DNA of 64,000 nucleotides from the IMG/VR virus record IMGVR_UViG_3300032249_001164, positions 1-64,000 of that record; one strand, written 5' to 3'. The stretch comes from a virus. The translations under genes were made by a program, and so were the position numbers. The notes below the pieces were generated by a model. It did not search any database. It had not been told where the DNA came from and worked only from the letters and a program-made list of their open reading frames with translations. Positions 30,101 to 38,346 of this stretch are shown here, piece by piece (the stretch's first letter is position 1; the number at the start of each line of letters is the position of its first letter).

Positions 30101-31505
30101 ACTCAATGCTAAGCGCTGGAACCAATGTTTTCAGGTTTTGCAGCATGTTGATGTAGCTGCCGAGGGCTGCTTCACTTGCGCCAGTGGCGATGGTTGGCAT
30201 CTCCGTGAGCACTTGGCCAACCATGCTTCTGGCGCCGGCTACATCGGATGCTCGCCTCAATCCTTCCGGTATACTCGAACCACCGCCGCCGGAAAAACCA
30301 GCAGCAAGGGCTGTGAACGTATTCTGCTGCGCTCTTGCAAGCTTGATCGACGCCATCTCAGCCGCAACCGTAAATCGATTGTAAGCTGTGCTAGCAATTG
30401 CAGAATTGTTTGCAATTAGTGCGAGCGACTCGGCCTGTGCTTGAATCTGATTGAGAGAAGCCGAAAGCCCAGTTTGGTTAGCTGGGTTGCGGTTCGCCAT
30501 CATTCGGCTTACGGATTCCTGGTTTCTGGCAATAACCCTGCCCAGTCCCCCGGCTCTCGTCTCAAGACTGGCAAGATTTGCTTCCTGAGCCGCAATCTCA
30601 CTGGCAACTTCCCCTCTTCTTGCGTTCCTCTGTTGCCTTAGTATGTTCTCCTGTTGAATTCGCTGAGATTCAGCCGCTTGTTGAGCCACCTGGGCCATAC
30701 CAGCCGGCGACGTAAGCTCTCTTTGGCTAACAGGGCGAACAGGTATGTCAATGGCCACCTCGGTGCTACCAAGTTGACGCAATTGCGCCCTAAGGCTGTT
30801 TAATGAAGTTTCTGCTTGTTCAATCTGGTTTCTTAGATCACCAAAGGCAGCAACCTGGCGTGGCAGTGTTCTGTCTGTCAGTCCAGACTCTCTCGTAGAT
30901 CTCCTGAGAGAGTCCCCATATCTGTTGTACTCTCTTGCTAAAGCATTAACAGCGTTTGCAGCGGACAGGGTTTGGTTTACATCTATCAAGCCACTAGCAG
31001 CTGAAATTGCGTTTCTAGTCGCCTGTCTGATCTGATTAAGCCTTGACTGTAGTGTCGTCGCTGACGCCGAAGCCTCCGCCATTCGGTCGCCAAATTGTTC
31101 CGCTTGGCCGGCGCTTTCACGTAAAGCATCTCTCAGTTCACTTACTCGCCTACTTGCCAGCTCGTCTCGCCTACCAAGCCTCACAAGCTCTTTCTCCGTT
31201 GACGCTGCTTTTTCAATTGCCCGCTGTTGAGACAACTGCGCCTGCGTCAACCTTTCAATCGCTTGCCTTTGTTGCAATAGTATTTGATTCCTGTCCCTGC
31301 CAAGATCATTCGCTCTTGCGGCGGAACCTTCCATTACAGCCGCAAGACTATTTGCGCGTCTCTGTAAATTTGCAGGCCCAACATCAAGTGTTCTGCTGTT
31401 AATTCTGTCAACTGCGCTTTGCAGTTGATTTACGTCTTGAACTAATTTGTTTACAGCGTTCGACCCCCTTACAACAAGATCGATAGTTGCTTGGGTGCTG
31501 GCCAC
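24171..31505 (-). CDS. tail tape measure protein with M23-like insert
   Basis: 2444 aa helical; GGAFPLLFGQG glycine-rich segment; C-terminal FAKGG...MGEAGPEAIMPL.RG.DG.LGV. Confidence 0.93.
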   Translation of the reverse strand: MASTQATIDLVVRGSNAVNKLVQDVNQLQSAVDRINSRTLDVGPANLQRRANSLAAVMEGSAARANDLGRDRNQILLQQRQAIERLTQAQLSQQRAIEKAASTEKELVRLGRRDELASRRVSELRDALRESAGQAEQFGDRMAEASASATTLQSRLNQIRQATRNAISAASGLIDVNQTLSAANAVNALAREYNRYGDSLRRSTRESGLTDRTLPRQVAAFGDLRNQIEQAETSLNSLRAQLRQLGSTEVAIDIPVRPVSQRELTSPAGMAQVAQQAAESQRIQQENILRQQRNARRGEVASEIAAQEANLASLETRAGGLGRVIARNQESVSRMMANRNPANQTGLSASLNQIQAQAESLALIANNSAIASTAYNRFTVAAEMASIKLARAQQNTFTALAAGFSGGGGSSIPEGLRRASDVAGARSMVGQVLTEMPTIATGASEAALGSYINMLQNLKTLVPALSIEYRALEEGIARANEEMRSAQLGIVDAPSSRLGSLQAVTQRQRFEDREQKVQEKRQKDINDVFGKQNDLIDKINSSRLSGDQKVDLRERAERAVNALIENRLEDSREMTRLIERQLKAAVDLAKPKPPQFFGVPGKDFLPITGKLTGGDLVPGSPAAKNRIAEEERKAADREFERGSKAFNDLKKYTEKAERNAQKLQASYDRGKLTGALDEYLADLSNIERGTDELLKKLSTVPGTEQSSLKDFDDRLKAAVEGNGASKQLSSQTLQLEKLQKRLVEVEIDGVDVSQNKARVEKLIADIKSGQIPTSKQSVDLVAKELKDARARLGISQSQAKIDGKIADVLRGAVGGPSKKINDLAAQQKYAIEINDTYQKTEEILTSIGKASIPEAQKLALSFGIDQARNELYENRLESAQMITKEISKQLGLETAMQAGTTKKKLTESSWGLAFEKAKDMRQDMGAESLQERNKAQGIMMNQLSALRDIQNRYAIEEKKGVQFLGEKVNLSNLINQIKNNELSLTIANTKAIGEGIRVFNASGRYRKNEAILNDSYGGNSSGNKATETTAQQLEARRERLLNLARGGLSQLITLEGKGVTVSSQKLEIEQAISDIQSLRNKASQQELATLASKVVAARNFASAMAIDLKAGALPGVGLQAALQKLQEARRARQDFFGGASPAEAIDKIAREFNTGKSMAGGRSDLASRAAAAAQQGPEALLGLAELAKPAKASTAELEALSAVLKEFRSVLDPTIQGFDRLDNQLRETAANLDRQIERRAPDADFLTRRFGPRGGRAISEGLIGGAFPLLFGQGLGASLGGLAGGAGGGFLGGGLGFGLSLAGTALGTVFDTLAQAAQDTGKALGYPIEGFESLKTAGLFASRQQEYYISKLIETGETAKATAEIQAEMIKKIGVSGVNDLTNLGDASYKLSKSWAEFNLQLQAALAGPMAGLLQWVTSIVSVSNQSSSSRQLAKDVLGGLSGKAKDRFEIGLIGIDSREQIGTTFGPLLGGISKEEAAKQRTALAEFYRPLAKPTTVKGGKPTPEQELQALDKTIEKTEKARSIIQQGIAFERSGIDLRLSTEETVYGLRKRVIDMEREATEFRRSVEDQVFGKRQELEQKLIENERKRQQNAIDAFDLQLQKASTGLDPIAQGVVDAARDYLRIRAEGEADLQQAEKQLKLELQKIDQEASRYKLQVENRVSQMAIQRDEFSRDVSRARLQIERQIVDYAVQAEDHRLAMAKYRYEVEIDLEKKKQIVVQNGLDDAAIQASAIRQAVQATNGTGASRLPGSISGRLDASGQNGADMPVALNNIMRSYHNGVVTEINKAGNNGNYVVVQFLDDLGNKLEATYSHVAAAVKMGQSVVGGQTIGRFDASGRTFGAHNSIDINSPGTNGALQRNRETAAARRSADMLVRGQVQGVVSGIKPDIDTYLQPGVGYFSRKNGRMVRGLTAGAGQATSVGAAPVFKGTMTMPELPGAPRLVGINDLLQQYLQLVEKTKAATVGATAADRQRLAVQSEAASFALEQQTLAPILQYTEQNRELELEIQKRKERNRLALEGVAPEIIEGELRILEIRRDLNSVLTGLTISTNQAVRSELERLKLNPSLVDSTFALTEATLASLVATTEDTKKQEELRAKLQAILDLRNQLADKVEGRAATVVEEARGVAKKSVMPPSEKIDEKIGKLKEELTELTNVGNIAITVADGIGNAFTQAFQGLISGSMSAQEALASFFKSTGEAFLSMAAEIIAKQMAMIVLQTILKALGAVAGSSGGSAGSAQATPSNWGDFSVTPLSANFAANGAYFANGTAAFAKGGTFTNSIVSSPTLFQFADGGVTKMGEMGEAGPEAIMPLKRGPDGRLGVDASGMEVPYQRSAAAATTPEMEVPYQRSAAAATTPEMEVPYRRSGPALAVPYLKSAGDTVGDSMNATIDVKFETVRIRSVDYVTREEAEQIGRESAQRGAELAHKRYRNSPSARRAVGLS
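24412..24521. repeat. perfect 48-bp tandem repeat (about 2.3 copies) in TMP 3' end
   Basis: Encodes MEVPYQRSAAAATTPE x2 plus MEVPY. Confidence 0.9.
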
Positions 31506-31546
31506 GTCTCAAGGCTTCTTCGTGAACCAAGTCTAGCCATAGCCAG

Positions 31547-31571
31547 AAAAAAGCCGCCCATGCGGACGGCT
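31547..31571 (-). terminator. intrinsic terminator
   Basis: AGCCGTCC-GCAT-GGGCGGCT-TTTTT. Confidence 0.75.
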
Positions 31572-31584
31572 AGCAAGCACGAAC

Positions 31585-31785
31585 TCAGCGCCTCCCTTTG
31601 GTCTTCTTGATCTTCTCCATCTCCTCCCTTTGGAGTTTTGCCTTTCGTTCAAAGTGAAGACTCCAGAGGATCATCTCTTCTTCAGTCATACGAGACTTTA
31701 GATCAAACAAAGTGAGGTGAAGGCTCTCCGCCAAGCTCATCTGGAACTGAAGCCTACTGTCCGCTTCAAATTCAATCCTTAGCGC
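31585..31785 (-). CDS. tail assembly chaperone C-terminal extension (gpT-like), reached by frameshift or from ATG 31740
   Basis: Not in ORF track. ALRIEFEADSRLQFQMSLAESLHLTLFDLKSRMTEEEMILWSLHFERK... Confidence 0.7.
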   Translation of the reverse strand, partial: ALRIEFEADSRLQFQMSLAESLHLTLFDLKSRMTEEEMILWSLHFERKAKLQREEMEKIKKTKGRR

Positions 31786-32161
31786 TTTTCATATCTGGTT
31801 GTTTATCACCGGACTCGCCGCGAGGCTTAAGAACGCAAAGAATTAGTTTCTGAAGGTCTTCGTCTTCAACTTCGCATTTCAGGACGGGAATGTCCCCAGC
31901 CTTAAAAATTCGTTCGCCATTTTCATTCAGGGCTTTGTTGATCAGCAACTGCATTGCAAAATCATTGGCGCCGTCAGTCTTAGCGTCTTTTTGCGCTTGT
32001 TCTCGCTCAATCGCTTTCAAGGGGGCAGCGTAGAAACTGAACTCACTGCCATCAGCGAGAGTGACTTCCTGCTTGATTGGCGTGAAATTGGCAGCCTTGA
32101 TCAGAGTGTCAATTGCCCGACCGAAACCAGGGGTTGCAGCGGGGGTCGAAGTGGTGGCCAT
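31772..32161 (-). CDS. tail assembly chaperone (gpG-like)
   Basis: Between major tail and TMP; KALNENGERIF. Confidence 0.8.
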   Translation of the reverse strand: MATTSTPAATPGFGRAIDTLIKAANFTPIKQEVTLADGSEFSFYAAPLKAIEREQAQKDAKTDGANDFAMQLLINKALNENGERIFKAGDIPVLKCEVEDEDLQKLILCVLKPRGESGDKQPDMKSAKD

Positions 32162-32325
32162 AGGAAACTCGTAACGTGCGGACTCTACCGCTTAGGTGAG
32201 CTGAAGTCAATTCGAGGTGGATTAGAGAATTCCACCCCAAGCAAGCGTAGCTCAGTTAGCGCTGCCGTGTTTAGCCGTAAATACAAGCTTTTGCTACCAC
32301 AGGTCAACAAAGTTATTTGGCCAAT

Positions 32326-32348
32326 AAAAAACCCTGCCGAAGCAGGGC
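32326..32348 (-). terminator. intrinsic terminator after major tail gene
   Basis: CCCTGC-TTCG-GCAGGG-TTTTT. Confidence 0.85.
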
Positions 32349-32367
32349 ATCGCAGTTGCTGATTGAA

Positions 32368-33138
32368 TCAGGTGGTGGCAAAGTCAAAGTTTACATTGTC
32401 GAATGGTCGGAAGTTGATGGCCACCGACTGAGCATCATCTGGATTCACGTTCAGTGAAGCCGAGGTAAGTACAATGTCCATCTCAATAGAGCGTGACTTG
32501 GCATCATCGACAACGCCAGCGGATTCAATCCGTTCAACATATAGTTTTACCTGAGCACCAATTTGCTTGCGCAGTAACACGTCCTGAACCATGCGATTAG
32601 CCATGGCCAAGTCTTCATCCGTCATATAGATATTGGCACTGCCATTTGCGTCACCAAAACCAGAAATATAGTTTCGGAAAGGCGCAAACTGTCCAAGAGT
32701 TTTACCAATAGTTGTAACATCGATTTCCGCCCGGCTGAACTCAATGGTCCAGTCCCGGCACTCCGCAACAACAGCGAGGCTACCATAAAATATCTCGAAC
32801 CTGTTGGGAGCTGCAAGAGTTCCGGCGCTTGTCAGCGTTACGATAGGAGACAGTGTTGCGCTACTGGAAACCGTCAGCACGCCGGTTGAACTGTTGTAGC
32901 CAATGACGTAGTAGGTGGTGCCAGCGGTGATACCAGCAGGAAGAGTGCCAGTGCCAATGGCGCCTGTCAGTGCATTGCGAATCCTGAACTGAACAGGATC
33001 GCCGGGCTTGAAGTTAAAGTTGACGCCAACGTTGAATAAAGCAGTAGCAAAAGTAACGTCAGACGTGCCAAACGTAGCAAGCGTACCGGCGGGCTTGTAG
33101 TAAAAGGCGCCGGAAACGCCAGACAAAACGGTAGACAT
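32368..33138 (-). CDS. major tail (tube) protein
   Basis: VAECRDWTIEFSRAEIDVTTIG...YISGFGDANGS; own promoter and terminator. Confidence 0.85.
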   Translation of the reverse strand: MSTVLSGVSGAFYYKPAGTLATFGTSDVTFATALFNVGVNFNFKPGDPVQFRIRNALTGAIGTGTLPAGITAGTTYYVIGYNSSTGVLTVSSSATLSPIVTLTSAGTLAAPNRFEIFYGSLAVVAECRDWTIEFSRAEIDVTTIGKTLGQFAPFRNYISGFGDANGSANIYMTDEDLAMANRMVQDVLLRKQIGAQVKLYVERIESAGVVDDAKSRSIEMDIVLTSASLNVNPDDAQSVAINFRPFDNVNFDFATT

Positions 33139-33196
33139 CGTGGGTCGGGGGGTAGTGGCTTGGCGGGCACTGCCCAGCTAGACACAGGTTAGCGAC

Positions 33197-33625
33197 TTAC
33201 TTTGCGCTTGCCTGCCAACTCGCATCAACCCTACCAACGAAATGAGGAAAATTTTCTGGAGCCTGAAACGATGGTCCTGTTATTTGACCTACGCGAACAT
33301 AGGTAGAGCTGGAGGTTTTTCTTGTTGAGTTGAGGGTATCAATAACCTGCTTAGCAAGGGCGATCATCTGCTGGCATCTTGCTGGCCCACTGCCTTTCGG
33401 AGCAAAGCACCTAACAATAAGAGCGCCCCTTGCGTAATCAAGCGATCCATCAAGGGTGGGCTCCGTTGTCAGGCCAAAGGTAATGTTGATCCTGACATAT
33501 TCTTTTGGCGGATCTGGCGGAACCGCCGTTACGTTGTCAAAGTAAACAGGAATTTGAGGTGATTGAGAATTGTAAGCTGTCAGCAATGGTGCTTCAAGCT
33601 TTGCTCGAATGGATTGGTAATTCAT
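33197..33625 (-). CDS. tail terminator protein
   Basis: IPVYFDN...YVRINITFG...PKGSGP; position. Confidence 0.7.
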   Translation of the reverse strand: MNYQSIRAKLEAPLLTAYNSQSPQIPVYFDNVTAVPPDPPKEYVRINITFGLTTEPTLDGSLDYARGALIVRCFAPKGSGPARCQQMIALAKQVIDTLNSTRKTSSSTYVRVGQITGPSFQAPENFPHFVGRVDASWQASAK

Positions 33626-34266
33626 TAAGATAGTCCCGGTGTCTTAATTTGCATTCCTCGGGCCAGGTCTCTTTGCAAGCTACCACCCCGAGCATACGTT
33701 GGAAACCAGTCCTTCTCCGCCGTTATTGCGGAGTCAAATTCCATGGGATTTCCCTTTGCGTCATATCTTGGGGCTTGGCTTAATTGATACCTGTAGTGCT
33801 CTACTTGAGCCCCTTCTGCAAAGTTATAGGGACGGAAACCCTCTTCAACAAAATTTTTGATTGGAGGGTCTGCGGGTCGATAAAAATTACCCTCAACCAT
33901 GTCCAGGGCTTCAGCAGCATAAGGAGCGGTGTTAACTATGTTGAAAACTGTGGCCTGCCTGCTTTCGAGAGCTTTTTCAAAAATTTTTAATGGGAAGTTT
34001 CTGTATGTGTATTCATAAACGCTGCTCAGCTCTGGAATCCTGCGCTGTCGAGGGCTTCCACCAGCTGGAACAATATCCCAGGAGGCCGAGAACTCACCAG
34101 ACCAGGCAGGGCCAGCCTCTGATAACCCGTTGCAAATTTCGACGCCTGCATTCCTGATTTGCTTGGCAAGCTCTGTGTTGATTTGTTTCATTAGGTCTCT
34201 GGCTATGGATTTCTCCATGCCGCCACGGCTGCCACTGAAGCGGCCTCGGCCATTGGAACGTGCCAC
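33625..34266 (-). CDS. neck / tail completion protein
   Basis: GPAWSGEFSASW, IVNTAPYA (HK97 gp10-like motifs). Confidence 0.65.
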   Translation of the reverse strand: MARSNGRGRFSGSRGGMEKSIARDLMKQINTELAKQIRNAGVEICNGLSEAGPAWSGEFSASWDIVPAGGSPRQRRIPELSSVYEYTYRNFPLKIFEKALESRQATVFNIVNTAPYAAEALDMVEGNFYRPADPPIKNFVEEGFRPYNFAEGAQVEHYRYQLSQAPRYDAKGNPMEFDSAITAEKDWFPTYARGGSLQRDLARGMQIKTPGLS

Positions 34267-34644
34267 TTAACTCACCTTTGCGATAACAGTGTGCATGATC
34301 GGGTTGTCGCCTCGATAATGATTCTGATCAACGATTTTTGCGGTACGAATGACACCGGCCTCGGTGTAGCGAATCGAATCAGTTGACTGTGGGTAGTAGC
34401 TTCCCAGGTAAGTGGCTGGAATAATGAATTTAATCACTCGCTGCTGGTAAAAGCCTTCCCTCTCTTTCGCTGTCAACTTTGCAGGTGAAGCTTTTATCGG
34501 AATTTCTGTGCTGGTTCCAAGTACAACGCCGCTTTGAGGGTCGTAGCTTTGGCTTTGGGAAGCCTTGATATAGACAGCGCTGATTCCCCACTGATCGATC
34601 AGTGGACCAGGTAGCGACCCAAATACATCATCAACAAGAGACAT
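34267..34644 (-). CDS. head closure protein
   Basis: YDPQSG motif, position. Confidence 0.65.
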   Translation of the reverse strand: MSLVDDVFGSLPGPLIDQWGISAVYIKASQSQSYDPQSGVVLGTSTEIPIKASPAKLTAKEREGFYQQRVIKFIIPATYLGSYYPQSTDSIRYTEAGVIRTAKIVDQNHYRGDNPIMHTVIAKVS

Positions 34645-34646
34645 GG

Positions 34647-35309
34647 CTAGAACCTGTTGCTCCAGCTGCCACCATAGGGCCAGAGCTGGCCGTTGATGTA
34701 GCGCACGCTTGACGCCCTCTGCCCCGAAATAAATCCTCTATAGCCAATGCGAGCCGTTGAACTGCGCTTAAGCCTTGGTTGACTGAAATCTCCACTAATC
34801 ATGTATCTGGCAAAAATATCCATCGAGAAGGGAGGAATGAATAGCATTCCCGCTTGCGTCACTTGGTTTTTGTTGAATTTGACCGTCAGGCCTTCGCTGG
34901 TGCCGCCAAGAGTAACTTCGTCGTATTCACTGTTTTTATACCTAGTTGCGCCGCCATCGGCATTAGGGATTCCCGTGTAGCCACCACTGCTACCCAGGAA
35001 TGCCGCCATGTAAGCAACGGCAACACCAAAATCAATTGGTAGTTCGTCGTCGGGAGCAAAATAGTAGTCTGCGACAATCCGCCTCGGCCAAGCCAGACTC
35101 TGTTCCTTCGATGCAGGTTGCCCCTTCCATCGCAAAGGATTGACTGCCATTGCTGTAGCAACCAGGCTTTGCTCTTTTTGGGTGTTTGTCAGCGCAAGCC
35201 AGGCTGAAACCCCGAAGCTGGCCGGCAGCTCGGAGAGCAGGGTAGTGGCCTTCGCCACCGACAGGTAGGAGTTGGCGTCAGTCGCCCCCAGCGTCGAGAC
35301 AAAGGCCAT
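34647..35309 (-). CDS. head-tail adaptor (DnaT-like family)
   Basis: ANSYLSV...WKGQ...QSLAWPR. Confidence 0.75.
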   Translation of the reverse strand: MAFVSTLGATDANSYLSVAKATTLLSELPASFGVSAWLALTNTQKEQSLVATAMAVNPLRWKGQPASKEQSLAWPRRIVADYYFAPDDELPIDFGVAVAYMAAFLGSSGGYTGIPNADGGATRYKNSEYDEVTLGGTSEGLTVKFNKNQVTQAGMLFIPPFSMDIFARYMISGDFSQPRLKRSSTARIGYRGFISGQRASSVRYINGQLWPYGGSWSNRF

Positions 35310-35318
35310 GATTCATCC

Positions 35319-35558
35319 TCAGGCGGCTCTAGGAGGAGCCTTGGGCTTAGGTTTTGCCACAGCAGCCGCAGTCTCCTTGTTGAGGGGCTCTGGCTGCCCA
35401 GCAAGGGGCTCCTCTGCCCTCGCGGACGACATCGGGTAAGCCTGCTCGGCCTGGGCCGCTTCAGCGGCTAGCTGCTCAGCCTGGCGTTTAATAGCAGCTT
35501 CAGCCTCTATCGCTTGCTCTGCGGCCTCGCGGCGCATTCTGAAAATACCGGCGCTCAT
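35319..35558 (-). CDS. small Ala-rich head-region protein
   Basis: MSAGIFRMRRE; between capsid and adaptor. Confidence 0.6.
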   Translation of the reverse strand: MSAGIFRMRREAAEQAIEAEAAIKRQAEQLAAEAAQAEQAYPMSSARAEEPLAGQPEPLNKETAAAVAKPKPKAPPRAA

Positions 35559-35577
35559 GATTTGTCGTGGATAGTTG

Positions 35578-35600
35578 AAAAGCCCCGGAGAGCCGGGGCC
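35578..35600 (-). terminator. intrinsic terminator after capsid gene
   Basis: GCCCCGG-CTCT-CCGGGGC-TTTT. Confidence 0.8.
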
Positions 35601-35618
35601 ACGATCTTAATCGTTGGA

Positions 35619-36608
35619 TCAGATGTAGCACCGCATCCGGGTGATCCGAATGTTGCGATCGTCATCAAATACCTTGACCCAGTTACCGGGAGTTGCGAGT
35701 TCCGCGTTAGTAGGGCCGGCGGGGGCTGCGGCATTACCCCTCCAGCTCACGCCATTCGGATGAATGAGGTAATAGGCCCTGTTTATCAAAAATTCAATAC
35801 CCAGGAACTTGTCTCGATCGGTCTCTACCGGGTACTTGGGTTGGTCGTTTGCATAGGAAAAAGCACCCTTACCGAAGAAAAAGGTCTGATAAATGGGAAG
35901 GCTACCACCACCACCACCAGTGGTGTCAAATGGCAGCTTGTCGTCTACAAACACTGGGCGACCCAAATAGCTACCTTTTTCCAGGGTTTCGCCACTCACC
36001 CTGGTATCTGTCTGAGAGGCGGATGAAGACGGAACAATCAAGTCCAGTTTCATTAACGCATAGTATATAGCTGAGTGCATCATCACACCTGTTAGCTCGT
36101 CGCCAGCGTCGCCAAGTTTGGCGATACCGTCAACCATCAGGCTCTGGGAAAGCTGGGCAGATGCACCGCCTACGGCGTGACTGGTTGCGAGGGGGCCACC
36201 AGTGCTAAACAGACCATTCATGATACTGCGAGCCGTAACCTGCATATCACGAATCCAGTAGCGACCAGTGCTACGGGCAATAGCTTGAGCCGGGTCGCTA
36301 CCGGAGATAGCTGCGGCGAGGTCGCTGGAGCGAAACGACTTTCGACGCTTGTTCCTGACGCCAACCTGAACGTCACCGCCGATGTCAGCTGGGTTAGATG
36401 CGGTAGTATCGGAGTCGATTTCCGAATCGCCAGTCAAGTCGCCATAGAAGGGCAGATCGACAGTCTTACCACCTTTGGCAAATTCAGCCTGAATAGCCGG
36501 GTTTGTGGCCATTAAACCAGATGTCACCAAAGCATTTTTGTCACGAATCTCTTCTTGCTGATAGCTGAAGAAAAGCTCAGGAATGAGGGGAACGCCCGAG
36601 AGGAGCAT
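35619..36608 (-). CDS. major capsid protein
   Basis: IPELF, GGKTVDLPFYGDL, MHSAIY, YLGRPVFVDD, HPNGVSW; strong leader and terminator. Confidence 0.88.
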   Translation of the reverse strand: MLLSGVPLIPELFFSYQQEEIRDKNALVTSGLMATNPAIQAEFAKGGKTVDLPFYGDLTGDSEIDSDTTASNPADIGGDVQVGVRNKRRKSFRSSDLAAAISGSDPAQAIARSTGRYWIRDMQVTARSIMNGLFSTGGPLATSHAVGGASAQLSQSLMVDGIAKLGDAGDELTGVMMHSAIYYALMKLDLIVPSSSASQTDTRVSGETLEKGSYLGRPVFVDDKLPFDTTGGGGGSLPIYQTFFFGKGAFSYANDQPKYPVETDRDKFLGIEFLINRAYYLIHPNGVSWRGNAAAPAGPTNAELATPGNWVKVFDDDRNIRITRMRCYI

Positions 36609-36718
36609 TGTCTTGGTAGCGGAGAACGGATTCGCGGCCTAGCCGCTTTTGATTCAGCTTCACAGCACCGCTGCCCTTGCTGCGAGGCACCGCCTCTCTT
36701 GCCAAGATAATAGCCAAG

Positions 36719-36743
36719 AAAAAACCGGGCCCTCCAGCCCGGT
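36719..36743 (-). terminator. intrinsic terminator
   Basis: ACCGGGC-TGGAGG-GCCCGGT-TTTTT. Confidence 0.75.
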
Positions 36744-36841
36744 CCGTATCTCATGCCAGATCCAATGTAATCCGGCTAGCTGCTTGCGAAAAACAAAGTG
36801 TGCAAACCAAGAAAATACAGGTCTGTAGCCTGGGATACAAA

Positions 36842-37141
36842 TCAGTTGAGAGTGTAGCCCTTTGCAAGAAAAGCAGCCACCATGGCAGTTCGCTTGCCAG
36901 CGGTCATTGCAGTAAAACCAGCAGTGCCGGTATATGTAATAGTTTTGGTGCCGGTGACAGTGGGAGCGGCGGCGAGCAGTTCATCAAGCTGAGCCTCGGT
37001 GAAAGCATCAGGCAGGACAAACGTCCAGTTCTTCATGCCACGAGTGCAAAGAACGATGGAGGACAGGATTTCATCGACTGCGGTGGCCGACTGGAGGCCG
37101 CGCATGTTGGTGGAGGAACGGTAAACGCCGGAGACGGTCAT
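36842..37141 (-). CDS. small probable virion protein
   Basis: Own late promoter motif at 37167-37175; Ala/Thr-rich. Confidence 0.6.
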   Translation of the reverse strand: MTVSGVYRSSTNMRGLQSATAVDEILSSIVLCTRGMKNWTFVLPDAFTEAQLDELLAAAPTVTGTKTITYTGTAGFTAMTAGKRTAMVAAFLAKGYTLN

Positions 37142-37273
37142 CGAGCAGGAATGTGACTATGGGCCAAGTCTAGCCGCTTGAAGGGTGTTGATAGTCCTAG
37201 CGAAACGCATCCTCAAGCGCCCGTTGGATAGCACTCGCTGAAGGTAGAGAGGCTGAGCCAATGCCTAGCTGAG

Positions 37274-37606
37274 TTAGAACAAATAGTTCAAGGGAATGAA
37301 AAATAAAATTACGCTCCATTTTACCCTATGGCTCCAGTATTTTGCGCTTAACTTAGTTGTAGGTTTACCCTGTGCATCATGCCTTGCGTAATACCTCCGC
37401 TTTCTCGCTTTATCCTCTTTTGTTTTGGGGTTGCTGCCGGCACCCTCAACGCCTTGTTGGCCAAAACGAATCACTTTGTAAGTCTCGCCCTCCTTGGCCA
37501 TCACTACATGGGACTTGGTGCGATGACCCGGAGTTTTCTTGGGCTTGTTTATTCCAGACAGCCCAAGTTCTTTTATTTTGTTTTTGACGCGCTCGGGGAC
37601 TGCCAT
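37274..37606 (-). CDS. conserved basic phage protein
   Basis: NKPKKTP.H.TKSHVV.AK.G...K.IRFGQQG...YYARH...SAKYWS. Confidence 0.75.
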   Translation of the reverse strand: MAVPERVKNKIKELGLSGINKPKKTPGHRTKSHVVMAKEGETYKVIRFGQQGVEGAGSNPKTKEDKARKRRYYARHDAQGKPTTKLSAKYWSHRVKWSVILFFIPLNYLF

Positions 37607-37608
37607 GG

Positions 37609-37890
37609 CTACGCTCTTTTTTTGAGTTTGACTGATTCTAGCGCTTGCATCTCTTGCCGAATCAGCGCTTCTGCTCGCTTCATTCGTCCGCTGTCATTCG
37701 TGATCTCCTGGGATGCTCGCAAAGTGCGCAAATCGTCCTGGGCTTGCCACAGAGCCATCTTTCGCTTCTCGGCGGCAGAGGTTCCGGGAACTGATTCAGT
37801 CCCCAAGTTCTTGGTCGAAGATGTTTGAGGCTTCTTCGTTTGAGGCTTCTTCGCTGAAGGCTTCTTCGTTGATGGTTTTCTTTGTGGCAT
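37609..37890 (-). CDS. Lys-rich protein with KKP repeats
   Basis: MPQRKPSTKKPSAKKPQTKKPQT. Confidence 0.6.
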   Translation of the reverse strand: MPQRKPSTKKPSAKKPQTKKPQTSSTKNLGTESVPGTSAAEKRKMALWQAQDDLRTLRASQEITNDSGRMKRAEALIRQEMQALESVKLKKRA

Positions 37891-37919
37891 GAAAAGCATT
37901 GAGCCGACCTCGCCAAAGT

Positions 37920-38222
37920 CTAGCGACGTGACCTTCGCCCGCTAGATGCCAGCCTGCGATTGTTGCCGTGACCATTTCTAGCCCTATTGGTTGATGGATT
38001 CTCCCTTCTAAGCCCGCCACCTACCGTGTGGCTTAGGTCGCCGCCACCCTTGCCAGCAATGCCGCGAGCACGGCGCTCCCTAGAAAGTTCAGCCCTGTAT
38101 TTTTTGCGTTCAGGGGTCGAGTGATACTCCTTGTCATAGACAGCTTTCTTTTTGCGAGCTTCTGGGTTGCTGGCGTAGAAAACAGCGGTCCTGCGTTTGT
38201 TTTTGACAGGCTTTGGCGCCAT
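37920..38222 (-). CDS. Arg/Lys-rich protein, degenerate HNH-like
   Basis: MAPKPVKNKRR...GDLSH...NPSTNRARNG. Confidence 0.6.
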   Translation of the reverse strand: MAPKPVKNKRRTAVFYASNPEARKKKAVYDKEYHSTPERKKYRAELSRERRARGIAGKGGGDLSHTVGGGLRRENPSTNRARNGHGNNRRLASSGRRSRR

Positions 38223-38346
38223 GGTAAATCCCCCCCCCTTGAGCGGTATCGGAGCTTTGGTAGTACAAAAGAATTTTAGCCAAGAAAAAAGCCCCATTCC
38301 AAAACTGGAACAGAGCCCTTTCTTCCTTCCAGCCAAGCTTGGCACA

